NCBI GenBank assembly: GCA_051382295.1
Contig: JBBCAW010000062.1
Coordinates: 50,040-114,039 of the forward strand
DNA: 64,000 bases
Direction of reading: 5' to 3'
Origin: Bdellovibrionota bacterium FG-1
GTDB lineage: Bacteria > Bdellovibrionota > UBA1018
Numbering within the stretch: position 1 is the stretch's first letter; each line of letters starts with the position of its first letter. The position numbers and the translations under genes were made by a program. The notes under the pieces were generated by a model that searched no databases, was not told the DNA's origin, and saw only the letters and a list, made by a program, of their open reading frames with translations. Of the stretch, positions 29,396 through 39,098 are shown one piece after another.

Positions 29396-30223
29396 ATGGA
29401 CCTCTTTCTTTGTGACGATTACAAAAAAATCCTTCGCAACCGCGTCGAAAAGCTCAAAACCCAAAACAAGCGGATGACCTTCCAAAACCTGGCCACCTTC
29501 TGCCGCATCCAAAAAACCTATCTTTCGCGAGTTTTCAGCCATGACAAAAACCACCTCAGCCCCGATCAATTCTATCTGGCTCTCGAATTTTTAGGCTTCT
29601 CAAACGAGGAGCGCAACTACCTCCACCTCGTTTTTGAACGCCAGCGCACCGATCTTGCTCAGCGCCGCGAGAACCTGGCCCTCCAAATTGAAACAATCCG
29701 CAAGGTCCGCCTTCGTACCGAATCCCACCTCACCATCTCACCGACCGCCGTTCAGCAACAAGACTGGACGGACTACTACCTGGATCCCAACTGCCAGCTC
29801 GTACACCTCTTTCTCACCGTCCCCAAATATGCCGAGCAGGCCGAGCTCATCCGTAAAAAACTAGAATTGCCCAAACGACGTTTTGACGAAATCCTGAAAC
29901 GTCTCCTGCGAATGGGCGTGATTTCGGTTGAACCTGAAGGCTACAAAGTCGTGCGCGAGCAAATGCACTTACCTTCGGAATCACCCCTTCTCGGACCCTA
30001 TCGAACTTTGCTCCGAATAAAAGGGTTAGAACGAATGCAAAAGCTCTCTAGCGATGAGGCCTATACGTTTTCGGTGGTCTTTTCGGCCAGCCCTAAGGAG
30101 AAAAAATGGATCCAAACCGAATTCCTGGCCCTTCTTAAACGAATCGAAAAGACGGTCGCCAAGGCGCCCGCTACCGAAGTCTATCAAATGAGCTTTGATC
30201 TTTTTGATTGGAGTGGCGGCTAA
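29396..30223 (+). CDS. TIGR02147/DUF4423-type HTH protein
   Basis: Paralog of 12305-13105 (YLSRV HTH, YYLD, C-terminal MSFDLF). Confidence 0.8.
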   Translation: MDLFLCDDYKKILRNRVEKLKTQNKRMTFQNLATFCRIQKTYLSRVFSHDKNHLSPDQFYLALEFLGFSNEERNYLHLVFERQRTDLAQRRENLALQIETIRKVRLRTESHLTISPTAVQQQDWTDYYLDPNCQLVHLFLTVPKYAEQAELIRKKLELPKRRFDEILKRLLRMGVISVEPEGYKVVREQMHLPSESPLLGPYRTLLRIKGLERMQKLSSDEAYTFSVVFSASPKEKKWIQTEFLALLKRIEKTVAKAPATEVYQMSFDLFDWSGG

Positions 30224-30449
30224 CTGAGCACCGAGTAAAAGGGACTGATAAAAACTCAAGAACGATCAGCATCATTGACCGCTTTAGTCGGCGCAAGCTT
30301 TTTTTAGTTGAAATTTCCAACTCGACCTTCGGTTCGGGACGCTGCCCTGGCCAGGCCTACCCGATCTCCGCTCGCCTTTGGTGCTCGGTTTGTGGATAAT
30401 GGAAATAAGGGGGGTAAAATTATGCACCCATCCTCGGGAGGTATGAAAG

Positions 30450-31022
30450 ATGAATTCAACAGCTAAAAAACTAGCGACCTATAGCGATTTGTTTGCATTG
30501 CCAGATCATATTGTGGGGGAGATCATCGCCGGAGAATTGATTACCTCGCCACGACCAGGGCCAAGGCATGCACGAGCATCATCAATCCTCGGAGGTGAGA
30601 TAACAGGACCGTTCGACAAAGGGCAAGGCGGCCCTGGCGGCTGGTGGATTTTGGATGAACCCGAGCTTCACCTGGGTGGAGATATCCTCGTTCCCGATCT
30701 TGCTGGATGGAAAAAAGAAAAACTACCTACGATTCCTTTGGACAAACAATACTTTGAAATAGCACCTAATTGGATTTGTGAAGTTTTATCTGAAAGCACA
30801 GCCCGCCTGGATCGAGTAAAAAAGCTTCCCATTTACGCGCGCGAGAAAGTGCATTTCGTATGGTTGATCGATCCGAAGGCGAAGACACTGGAGATCTATC
30901 AGCAAGAGAATTCACGATGGATATTACTGAATACCTTCGCGGGGGATGAACGTGTGCGCGCGGCCCCCTTCGATGCGATTGAAATCGACCTGGGTGCTCT
31001 TTGGCTCCCGGATGAGCAATAG
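30450..31022 (+). CDS. Uma2-family endonuclease-fold protein
   Basis: EIIAGEL...H, VPDLAGW, PNWICEVLS, WLIDP. Confidence 0.92.
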   Translation: MNSTAKKLATYSDLFALPDHIVGEIIAGELITSPRPGPRHARASSILGGEITGPFDKGQGGPGGWWILDEPELHLGGDILVPDLAGWKKEKLPTIPLDKQYFEIAPNWICEVLSESTARLDRVKKLPIYAREKVHFVWLIDPKAKTLEIYQQENSRWILLNTFAGDERVRAAPFDAIEIDLGALWLPDEQ

Positions 31023-31157
31023 CGAAGCGTGCGGATTCCGCCCGCTTTTCCGATCGTCGTGCCGCCATTAACCAGGGGAATTACATAGATCGAATCCACC
31101 AAAAAGTAAAATGACCTTGACTCCGAATTACTTTTTGCCCAAAAATCGAGGTCATCC

Positions 31158-32303
31158 ATGTCATTACTGAAGACTTTGCCCGAACGAATCTATGCTGGGC
31201 CCATCAAAAAGGATCTTGAAAAGAAAATGATTTTTATGGGGGGACCTCGTCAAGTCGGGAAAACCACCTTGGCCACCTCTTTTTTGAAGGACTTCTACGA
31301 CGGACACCCCGCCTACTTGAACTGGGATAATGAGCTTTCCAGAAGAATCATTAAAAAAGGAGACTGGCCCAAAGACCAACCTCTTATTATTTTTGACGAA
31401 ATTCACAAACGAAAGGGCTGGCAAAGCTTAGTTAAGGGCATTTGAGATACCTGGAAGAACACCCAGCGATTCATCGTCACCGGATCTGCTCGACTGAACA
31501 TATTTCGCAAGGGCGGCGATTCAATACTAGGCCGCTATCACTACTATCGAATCCACCCCTTTTCTTTGCCTGAGCTAGGAATTTCAAAAAAAAATCTCGA
31601 ACTGATCTTTGAATTTAGCGGATTCCCTGAACCTCTCCTTTAGCAAGACCAAACCGAGTTGCGACGCTGGCACCTTCAAAGGGTCTTTAAACTGGTGCGA
31701 ATTGATTTAAGAGACCTCGAAAACGTCAGCGACTTAGACAAGGTCGAATTACTCGCAGAAAGCTTAGCTCCAAAAGTAGGAAGTCCCCTGTCGTATAAGT
31801 CATTGGCGGAAGACTTAGAGGTTTCTGATAAAACCGTTAAACGATGGGTTCAAATTCTGGACACCTTATACTACTGCTATCTTATTCCCCCATTTGACTC
31901 ACATAAAATTAAGGCCATAAAAAAATCTCAAAAACTCTATCTGTGGGATTGGTCTCAGGTCGAAGACCCTGGATTTCGATTTGAAAACATGGTTGCTTCT
32001 CACTTACTTAAATTATGCGACTACTGGCAGGATGTTTTAGGACACCGATCAGAGCTGAGGTATATTCGCGACGAAAAGGGCAAAGAAGTGGATTTTGTCG
32101 TTTTGCGAAATCGCAAACCGTTATTTGCCGTAGAATGCAAATTATCAGACACTGACATTGCCCCCTCTTTGCTCGAGCTCAAGTCAAGGCTGGATATTCC
32201 AAAGTGGTACCAAGTTCATATGGGATTAAAAACACGAATCGTAAGTCCTGACTTTTCGATCATGCCCTTTGATAAATTCTGCGAAGAGCTGGCTTTAGTA
32301 TAG
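31158..32303 (+). pseudogene. AAA_14/DUF4143 ATPase interrupted by two in-frame stops
   Basis: GPRQVGKT, FDEIHK, TGSARL, GFPEP, EVDFV all in one frame; TGA at 31443 and TAG at 31641. Confidence 0.9.
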
Positions 32304-32342
32304 TAAAATGAGGTACATCATTAGCCTCGGAGGCACCACCCC

Positions 32343-34040
32343 ATGATCCTACTCAATCCCAAAAAATACGCTCATCAATATCCCGATGCCCCATCCCGCG
32401 AAATCATGCTCAAAACGATCGAGTTTTTTGAGTCTCGCGGTAAAAAGCGACTCAAGCAGGATGACCATGAATGCGCCTGGTATGCGGACTTTCTAGAGTT
32501 CATCAAAAAAGAAAAAATCTTTGCCACCCTCATGACCCCAGCCGGTTACGGTGCCGCGGACTCACGCTGGGATACCTGGCGAAACTGCGGTTTTAACGAA
32601 ATATTAGGGTTTTATGGCCTCAATTATTGGTACACCTGGCAAGTCTCCATGCTGGGCTTAGGCCCCATCTGGATGGGCGGAAACGAAGCGATTAAAAAAC
32701 ACACGGCCCAACTTCTTCAAGACGGCGGAATTTTTGCGTTTGGTCTCTCCGAAAAAGAACATGGTGCAGATCTCTATTCCTCCGAAATGAAGCTACTTCC
32801 CCAGCCCGATGGGACCTTCAAAGCTAGGGGAAGTAAATACTATATCGGCAATGCCAACAAAGCGGCTCTAGTCTCCACTTTCGCCAAAATCGGAAATTCC
32901 GACGAATACGTCTTTTTTGCGGTAGACTCCCAACACCCCAAATATGAATGCGTCCAGAACGTGGTCCACTCACAGAACTACGTGGCCGAATACGCACTGC
33001 ATGATTACCCCATTACAGAAGCGGACATTTTATCCAAAGGGATCGAAGCCTGGGATTCTTCACTCAACACCATTAATGTCTGCAAATTCAACCTGGGCTG
33101 GGCCTCCATCGGAATGTGCACGCATGCGTTTTACGAGGCCATCGACCACGCCGCCGGTCGACACCTTTTCAATCATGCGGTGACCGATTTTGCGCATATT
33201 CAACAGTTCTTTGTCGATGCTTACGCGCGCCTCAGCGCCATGAAGCTTTTTAGCCTGCGCGCTGCAGATTATATGCGTTCAGCCTCGCCCGATGATCGAC
33301 GCTATTTGCTTTATAATCCGATGGTCAAAATGAAAGTCACGACCCAAGGCGAAGAAGTCATCAATCTTCTTTGGGACGTCATAGCGGCCAAGGGATTTGA
33401 AAAAAACATGTATTTCGAGACCGCCGCCCGGGACATTCGCGCCCTTCCCAAGCTGGAAGGCACCGTCCATGTCAACATGGCGCTGGTCGTGAAATTCATG
33501 CAAAATTACCTATTCAAGCCCGCTCCCTTTCCGGAAATTTCGAGACGCGATGATCCTGCCAACGATGAATTTCTCTTTCATCAAGGCGCCACCAAAGGGC
33601 TCGGAAAAATTCGTTTCCATGATTACCAGATTGCGTATGACAGCGTAAACCTGCCCAACGTGGAGATTTTTAAAACCCAAATCAAGCGCTTTAAACGACT
33701 CCTCGCGCTCGCGCCGCCCAACAAAACCCAAAAGGAGGACTTCGACTTCTTGCTCATTTTGGGCGAACTGTTCACGCTCATCGCCTACGGCCAGCTCATT
33801 ATCGAAAATGCCAAGATTTATGACATCGGCGACGATCTCCTCGACCAAATTTTCGATTTCATGGTACGGGACTTCTCGAAGTTTGCCCTTCAGCTCTACT
33901 CAAAAACCAGCAGTACCCGGCTCCAAATGTTCCTAGCCCGCCACCTCATTTGCAAACCGGTGGTCGCTCCAGAACGCTTTGTACGAGTCTGGAAAGAGCA
34001 GGTCTTTTCGCTCCGCCGAGCCTATCAAATGAAGGAATAA
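32343..34040 (+). CDS. Acyl-CoA dehydrogenase
   Basis: FGLSEKEHGAD, GSKYYIGN, KLEGT. Confidence 0.92.
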   Translation: MILLNPKKYAHQYPDAPSREIMLKTIEFFESRGKKRLKQDDHECAWYADFLEFIKKEKIFATLMTPAGYGAADSRWDTWRNCGFNEILGFYGLNYWYTWQVSMLGLGPIWMGGNEAIKKHTAQLLQDGGIFAFGLSEKEHGADLYSSEMKLLPQPDGTFKARGSKYYIGNANKAALVSTFAKIGNSDEYVFFAVDSQHPKYECVQNVVHSQNYVAEYALHDYPITEADILSKGIEAWDSSLNTINVCKFNLGWASIGMCTHAFYEAIDHAAGRHLFNHAVTDFAHIQQFFVDAYARLSAMKLFSLRAADYMRSASPDDRRYLLYNPMVKMKVTTQGEEVINLLWDVIAAKGFEKNMYFETAARDIRALPKLEGTVHVNMALVVKFMQNYLFKPAPFPEISRRDDPANDEFLFHQGATKGLGKIRFHDYQIAYDSVNLPNVEIFKTQIKRFKRLLALAPPNKTQKEDFDFLLILGELFTLIAYGQLIIENAKIYDIGDDLLDQIFDFMVRDFSKFALQLYSKTSSTRLQMFLARHLICKPVVAPERFVRVWKEQVFSLRRAYQMKE

Positions 34041-34058
34041 AACGAGGCCAGAGGAGAC

Positions 34059-35171
34059 ATGATTCGATCGCTTTACGTCCACTTCCCTTTTTGCGAAAGC
34101 AAATGCCATTACTGTGACTTTTATTCGCTCGGAAAAGAACGCACTCGCCCCGGTGATCCGACGGCATTTGAAGCCGCCCTCCGAAAGGAGTCGGAGCAAG
34201 CCGCCCCGTTACTCGACACAGAGCTGGATACGATCTTTTTTGGGGGGGGAACGCCCAGTATGACTCCCCCTGATTCCATGGCTCGTGCACTGGAGCCTAT
34301 CCTTAAGCGTTGCAAAATCACTCCCCAAACGGAATGGACCATGGAAGCGAATCCCTCTTCCATCAACCGTGAAAACCTCCAAGGTTATCAAAAACTGGGA
34401 GTCAATCGAATCAGCATGGGAGTCCAGGCCATGCGTGACGATCTATTATTGAAATTGGGACGAGTCCATTCCCGCGAAAAGGCCCTTATCGCACTCGACA
34501 CGCTTTTTGAGGTCGGCTTTAAGAATGTATCCGTAGATTTACTTTGCGGCGTCCCCGGGCAATCCCTAAAAGACATTGAGGAAGCCCTCTCCCTATTGAC
34601 CCAATTCCCGATTACCCATCTCAGTTGCTATTTACTGACACTCCCACCGCACCATCGGATGTTCGCAGAACTTCCCCATGAGGATGATCAGCTCGCTCAC
34701 TTACTCTTTTTGGATCCATGGATGACCGCCCATGGCTTTGAACATTATGAAATTTCCAACTACGCCCGCCCCGGCAAGCAGGCCCGCCACAATCTAGCCT
34801 ATTGGAAGGGGACATCCTATCTTGGCTTGGGGCCTTCGGCCCACTCTTTTGATGCTCGCCAATCCAAGCGATGGAAGCATGTCTCTTCGCTCCACAAATA
34901 CGCCCACCTCTTGCAAACAGGCCAAAGTCCCATCGAATGGACAGAAATCCTGACCGAAGAGCAAAAAAGCCTTGAAAGATGGATGCTGGCCCTACGCCTC
35001 GCCGAGGGTTTTCCGGAGAGCTGGCTAGGGAGTTCCACCCAAAAAGCTCGGGCGCAAGCTCTGGAAAATGAAGGGTTTCTGGAAGCCCATCCGCAAACGC
35101 CCACCCGCAAGCGGCTTACCACTAAGGGATTTGCTCTTTCAGATCAAGTCATTGCTGCGCTTGCTCGGTAA
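34059..35171 (+). CDS. hemW: Radical SAM heme chaperone HemW
   Basis: YVHFPFCESKCHYCDF, GGGTPS, HYEISNY, HNLAYW; upstream of grpE. Confidence 0.92.
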   Translation: MIRSLYVHFPFCESKCHYCDFYSLGKERTRPGDPTAFEAALRKESEQAAPLLDTELDTIFFGGGTPSMTPPDSMARALEPILKRCKITPQTEWTMEANPSSINRENLQGYQKLGVNRISMGVQAMRDDLLLKLGRVHSREKALIALDTLFEVGFKNVSVDLLCGVPGQSLKDIEEALSLLTQFPITHLSCYLLTLPPHHRMFAELPHEDDQLAHLLFLDPWMTAHGFEHYEISNYARPGKQARHNLAYWKGTSYLGLGPSAHSFDARQSKRWKHVSSLHKYAHLLQTGQSPIEWTEILTEEQKSLERWMLALRLAEGFPESWLGSSTQKARAQALENEGFLEAHPQTPTRKRLTTKGFALSDQVIAALAR

Positions 35172-35192
35172 AAGAAAAAATTCGAATTGGAG

Positions 35193-35220
35193 TTTGACTC
35201 CACCCGGGTCGTTCCCATAG
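35193..35220 (+). promoter_or_regulatory. Possible sigma32 heat-shock promoter
   Basis: TTTGAC-N14-TCCCATAG upstream of grpE-dnaK-dnaJ. Confidence 0.5.
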
Positions 35221-35261
35221 TAAGTCAAGACACACGCAGAACTTTTGGAGGTCTTACGGTC

Positions 35262-35831
35262 GTGGATCATACGTCAAACGAGAATCAAACGCCTAGCGAA
35301 GCCCCTGCCCCCGCCGAGAATCAGGATGCCAATGCCGCGACAGCTGACGCCAATAGCGCGCAAGTCATCTTGGAATTGGAAGCACAACTCAAAGAAAAGA
35401 CCGATAAATACCTTTATCTCTACGCTGAATTCGACAATTTCAAAAAACGCTCCATCAAAGAACGGTCAGATTTGATCAAATTTGGCTGGGAGTCGGTCGC
35501 CCGTGAACTGATTTTAGTGCTCGATAACTTCGAACGCGCCCTTTCACATATCCCCGCTAATACGGATAAAAACCTGACCGAGGGGCTGAAGATGATCGCA
35601 AGTCAATTTCGCGGAACTCTTCAGAAACAAGGCATGCAGCAAGTGCAGGTCATCGGCAAAGAATTTGATCCTGAGCTGGCTGAAGCCGTGGGGCAAATAC
35701 CCTCCGACCAGCCTGCTGGCACGGTTGTCAGAGAAGAACTGCCCGGCTATACGCTTCATGGACGGCTATTGCGCCCAGCTAACGTCATTTTGAGCACGGG
35801 ACAGGCAAATCAAGAAAAAGTTGCCAACTGA
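35262..35831 (+). CDS. grpE: Nucleotide exchange factor GrpE
   Basis: AEFDNFKKR, DNFERAL, FDP, GYTLHGRLLRPA; GGAGG RBS before GTG 35262. Confidence 0.96.
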   Translation: MDHTSNENQTPSEAPAPAENQDANAATADANSAQVILELEAQLKEKTDKYLYLYAEFDNFKKRSIKERSDLIKFGWESVARELILVLDNFERALSHIPANTDKNLTEGLKMIASQFRGTLQKQGMQQVQVIGKEFDPELAEAVGQIPSDQPAGTVVREELPGYTLHGRLLRPANVILSTGQANQEKVAN

Positions 35832-35906
35832 AGATTCGTCACCATTTTCCTAATTAGGATATTTGAACTGTTCATCAAGATTGAAAAGAAAGCGAGAAAT
35901 TGAATC

Positions 35907-37844
35907 ATGGGTAAAATCATTGGAATTGACTTGGGAACGACCAACTCTTGCGTCTCCGTACTTGAAGGGGGCGAGCCTAAGGTGATCCCAAACTCCGAAG
36001 GAACGAACACGACACCATCGATCGTTGGCTTTAGTAATTCCGGTGAACGTGTCGTCGGACAGTCTGCAAAGCGCCAAGCCATTACCAACCCAGAACGGAC
36101 CGTTTTTGAATCCAAGCGCCTTATTGGCCGCAAATTTAGTTCAAAAGAAGTACAAGAATTTATCAAAGTTGCTCCTTTTAAAATCATTGAAGCCAAAAAT
36201 GGTGACGCATGGGTCCAGGTAGGTGATCGCGAATACTCTCCTCAGGAAATCTCCGCGCTCGTGCTTCAGAAGATGAAAAAAACAGCTGAAGACTACCTCG
36301 GAGAACCGGTTACTGAAGCCGTCGTCACCGTCCCTGCTTATTTTAACGACGCCCAGCGTCAAGCAACCAAAGACGCTGGCCGCATTGCAGGTCTCGAAGT
36401 CAAACGTATTATTAACGAACCGACCTCTGCGGCACTGGCCTATGGCCTTGATAAGGGCGGAAAAAATCACACGGTTGCGGTTTTCGACCTAGGCGGCGGC
36501 ACCTTTGATATCTCGATCCTCGAATTGGGGGACGGCGTATTTGAAGTGAAAGCGACCAACGGCGACACCTTTTTGGGAGGTGGCAACTTCGACCAAAAAA
36601 TTATTGACTGGCTTTCGAGCGAGTTCCAGAAAGAAAGTGGGATCGATCTCCGCAAAGATCGCATGGCTTTGCAGCGCTTGAAGGAGGCCGCTGAAAAGGC
36701 CAAAATTGAACTCTCAAGCACGACCCAGACGGATATCAATCTTCCGTTTATCACGGCGGATTCGAGCGGTCCTAAACATCTGAATCTTCAGCTTTCACGC
36801 AATAAACTCGAAGCTCTGGTTGCGGAACTCATCGAAAAGATGGTGCCACCGTCCGAGACATGCTTGAAAGACTCAGGGCTCAACAAGAGCCAGATCGACG
36901 AAGTCATCCTCGTCGGTGGCATGACCCGTATGCCGCGAGTTCAAGCCAAGGTTAAGGAGATCTTCGGCAAAGAACCTCACAAAGGCGTGAACCCCGACGA
37001 AGTCGTGGCGATCGGTGCTGCCGTTCAAGGCGGCGTACTTAAGGGCGAAGTCAAAGATGTGCTCTTGCTCGATGTCACTCCACTGAGCCTCGGTATCGAA
37101 ACTCTCGGTGGCGTGTTCACCAAGCTCATCGAAAAAAATACAACGATCCCCACCAAGAAATCGCAAACTTTCTCAACAGCTGCTGATAACCAAAACGCGG
37201 TGACCATTCACTGTCTGCAAGGCGAACGAGAATTTGCTGAATACAACAAATCCCTGGGTCGCTTTGATCTTGTTGGCATCCCTCCCGCTCCCCGCGGCGT
37301 ACCGCAAGTCGAAGTTACATTCGACATCGACGCTAACGGCATTGTCCACGTTGGGGCAAAGGATCTAGGCACCGGCAAAGAACAATCGATCAAAATCACG
37401 GCCTCAGGTGGTTTGACCGAAGAAGAAATCAAACGCATGCAGACAGAAGCTGAAGCGCATAAAGCCGAAGACGATAAGCGTAAAGAACTCGTCAACGCCC
37501 GCAACACACTCGACGGCTTAATCTATACGATTGAAAAGACGTTGAAAGAAAATGGCGAGAAAATCGCCGCAGATACTAAGAGTAATGTCGAAGCCGCATT
37601 GGTTGAGGCTCGTAAACACTTGGATAGCAAGGAGCTCGAAGAGCTTCGCAAAGCCACAGAACAATTGACTGCGGCCTCAAACAAGATGGCTGAGCAAATG
37701 TATAAGACTGCCGGCACACCAGGCGCTGATGCTAGTCAACCAGGAAATGGTGCAGAAGCCCACGCCGCGGGCGACCAGGGTCATGCAAAAAAAGACGGCG
37801 CCCAGGGTGACGATGTCATCGATGCGGACTTCAAAGAAGTCTAA
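35907..37844 (+). CDS. dnaK: Chaperone DnaK
   Basis: [28 protein letters not shown]. Confidence 0.99.
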   Translation: MGKIIGIDLGTTNSCVSVLEGGEPKVIPNSEGTNTTPSIVGFSNSGERVVGQSAKRQAITNPERTVFESKRLIGRKFSSKEVQEFIKVAPFKIIEAKNGDAWVQVGDREYSPQEISALVLQKMKKTAEDYLGEPVTEAVVTVPAYFNDAQRQATKDAGRIAGLEVKRIINEPTSAALAYGLDKGGKNHTVAVFDLGGGTFDISILELGDGVFEVKATNGDTFLGGGNFDQKIIDWLSSEFQKESGIDLRKDRMALQRLKEAAEKAKIELSSTTQTDINLPFITADSSGPKHLNLQLSRNKLEALVAELIEKMVPPSETCLKDSGLNKSQIDEVILVGGMTRMPRVQAKVKEIFGKEPHKGVNPDEVVAIGAAVQGGVLKGEVKDVLLLDVTPLSLGIETLGGVFTKLIEKNTTIPTKKSQTFSTAADNQNAVTIHCLQGEREFAEYNKSLGRFDLVGIPPAPRGVPQVEVTFDIDANGIVHVGAKDLGTGKEQSIKITASGGLTEEEIKRMQTEAEAHKAEDDKRKELVNARNTLDGLIYTIEKTLKENGEKIAADTKSNVEAALVEARKHLDSKELEELRKATEQLTAASNKMAEQMYKTAGTPGADASQPGNGAEAHAAGDQGHAKKDGAQGDDVIDADFKEV

Positions 37845-37863
37845 TTTGAGTAAAATTGAATAA

Positions 37864-37895
37864 GGGGTGAATTCGACTCCGTCGGGTTCGCCCCC
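37864..37895 (+). terminator. Hairpin between dnaK and dnaJ
   Basis: GGGGTGAATTCGAC-TCC-GTCGGGTTCGCCCC; no U-tract, so possibly an mRNA-stabilising stem. Confidence 0.55.
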
Positions 37896-37943
37896 TAATC
37901 AGTTGTCGCCGTAGTGCTTTGCGCCACAAGGAGACTCTGAAAA

Positions 37944-39098
37944 TTGGCCAACAAACGCGATTATTACGAAATCCTGGGATTAGCTCGGAACGCGCAGCCC
38001 GAAGAAATAAAAAAGGCCTATCGCAGGCTTGCTGTTCAGTTTCATCCAGACAAAAATCCAGGTGATAAAAAAGCTGAAGAAAAATTCAAAGAGCTTTCAG
38101 AAGCCTACGAAGTACTTTCGGACGCACAAAAGCGACAAATGTATGATCAGTTTGGCCATGCTGCGGGCGCGGGCAACGCAGGAGGCGGGCAAGGTTTTGG
38201 CGGTGGCTTCGAGGGCTTCGGAGGCGGTGGCGCATCGATCAACGATATCTTTGGCGATATTTTTGGTGATATCTTTGGTGCCCAAGGCGGCGCTCGCGGT
38301 CGTGGTGGCCGGCGCCGCGCTGGAAAGCCCGGGTCCGACCTTCGCACCACGATAGACATTAGCTTTGAAGAGGCCGCCTTCGGCGCTGAAAAAGTGATCA
38401 CAGTCCCAAAAACAGTTCGGTGCGACACCTGCGAAGGAACTGGCGCTCAGGCGGGAACTCAGCCCGAAGACTGTTCGCAATGCGGTGGCCGGGGCGAAGT
38501 CAGCTTTCAACAGGGCTTTTTTGCAATCACTCGTCCGTGCCCAAGATGTAATGGTGCGGGGCAATCCATCCCACACCCCTGTGCGACCTGCCATGGCTCG
38601 GGCAATATAAAAAAACGCACCCAAATTGCGGTCAAAATTCCCGCCGGCATTGACTCAGGCCAACGTCTCAAACTTTCTAATGAAGGGGAGGCCGGTGAAC
38701 GAGGTGGAATGCCCGGCGACCTTTATGTCGTCATTAACATTCTTCCCCATGACTTCTTCACTCGGGAAGATTTTGACGTGATTTGCGAAGTGCCCATTAC
38801 CTTTGCTCAGGCAGCCCTAGGCGCTGAAATTCATGTTCCCACTCTAGAAGGAAAGGTCAGCCTAAAAATTCCAGCAGGGACCCAATCCCACAAAATCCTC
38901 AGACTCAAAAACAAAGGTCTCGCAAAACTCGGTTCTTACGGTCGGGGAGATCAATTAATCAAGGTGATTGTGGAGATTCCGAGCAAGCTCAGTAGCGAGC
39001 AGCGTGAACTTCTTAAGAAATTCGAGGAAGCCGGCGCCTCAAGCTCCCATCCGATGCACCATAATTTTTTCGAGAAAGTGAAAAACCTCTTTGGATAA
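37944..39098 (+). CDS. dnaJ: Chaperone DnaJ
   Basis: HPD J-domain, G/F region, four CxxCxGxG repeats. Confidence 0.98.
   Translation: MANKRDYYEILGLARNAQPEEIKKAYRRLAVQFHPDKNPGDKKAEEKFKELSEAYEVLSDAQKRQMYDQFGHAAGAGNAGGGQGFGGGFEGFGGGGASINDIFGDIFGDIFGAQGGARGRGGRRRAGKPGSDLRTTIDISFEEAAFGAEKVITVPKTVRCDTCEGTGAQAGTQPEDCSQCGGRGEVSFQQGFFAITRPCPRCNGAGQSIPHPCATCHGSGNIKKRTQIAVKIPAGIDSGQRLKLSNEGEAGERGGMPGDLYVVINILPHDFFTREDFDVICEVPITFAQAALGAEIHVPTLEGKVSLKIPAGTQSHKILRLKNKGLAKLGSYGRGDQLIKVIVEIPSKLSSEQRELLKKFEEAGASSSHPMHHNFFEKVKNLFG

Noticed and set aside
31443..31643. Alternative genetic code or selenocysteine/pyrrolysine readthrough
   Set aside because: TGA and TAG terminate ordinary genes in this window, and neither position is a catalytic Cys-type site
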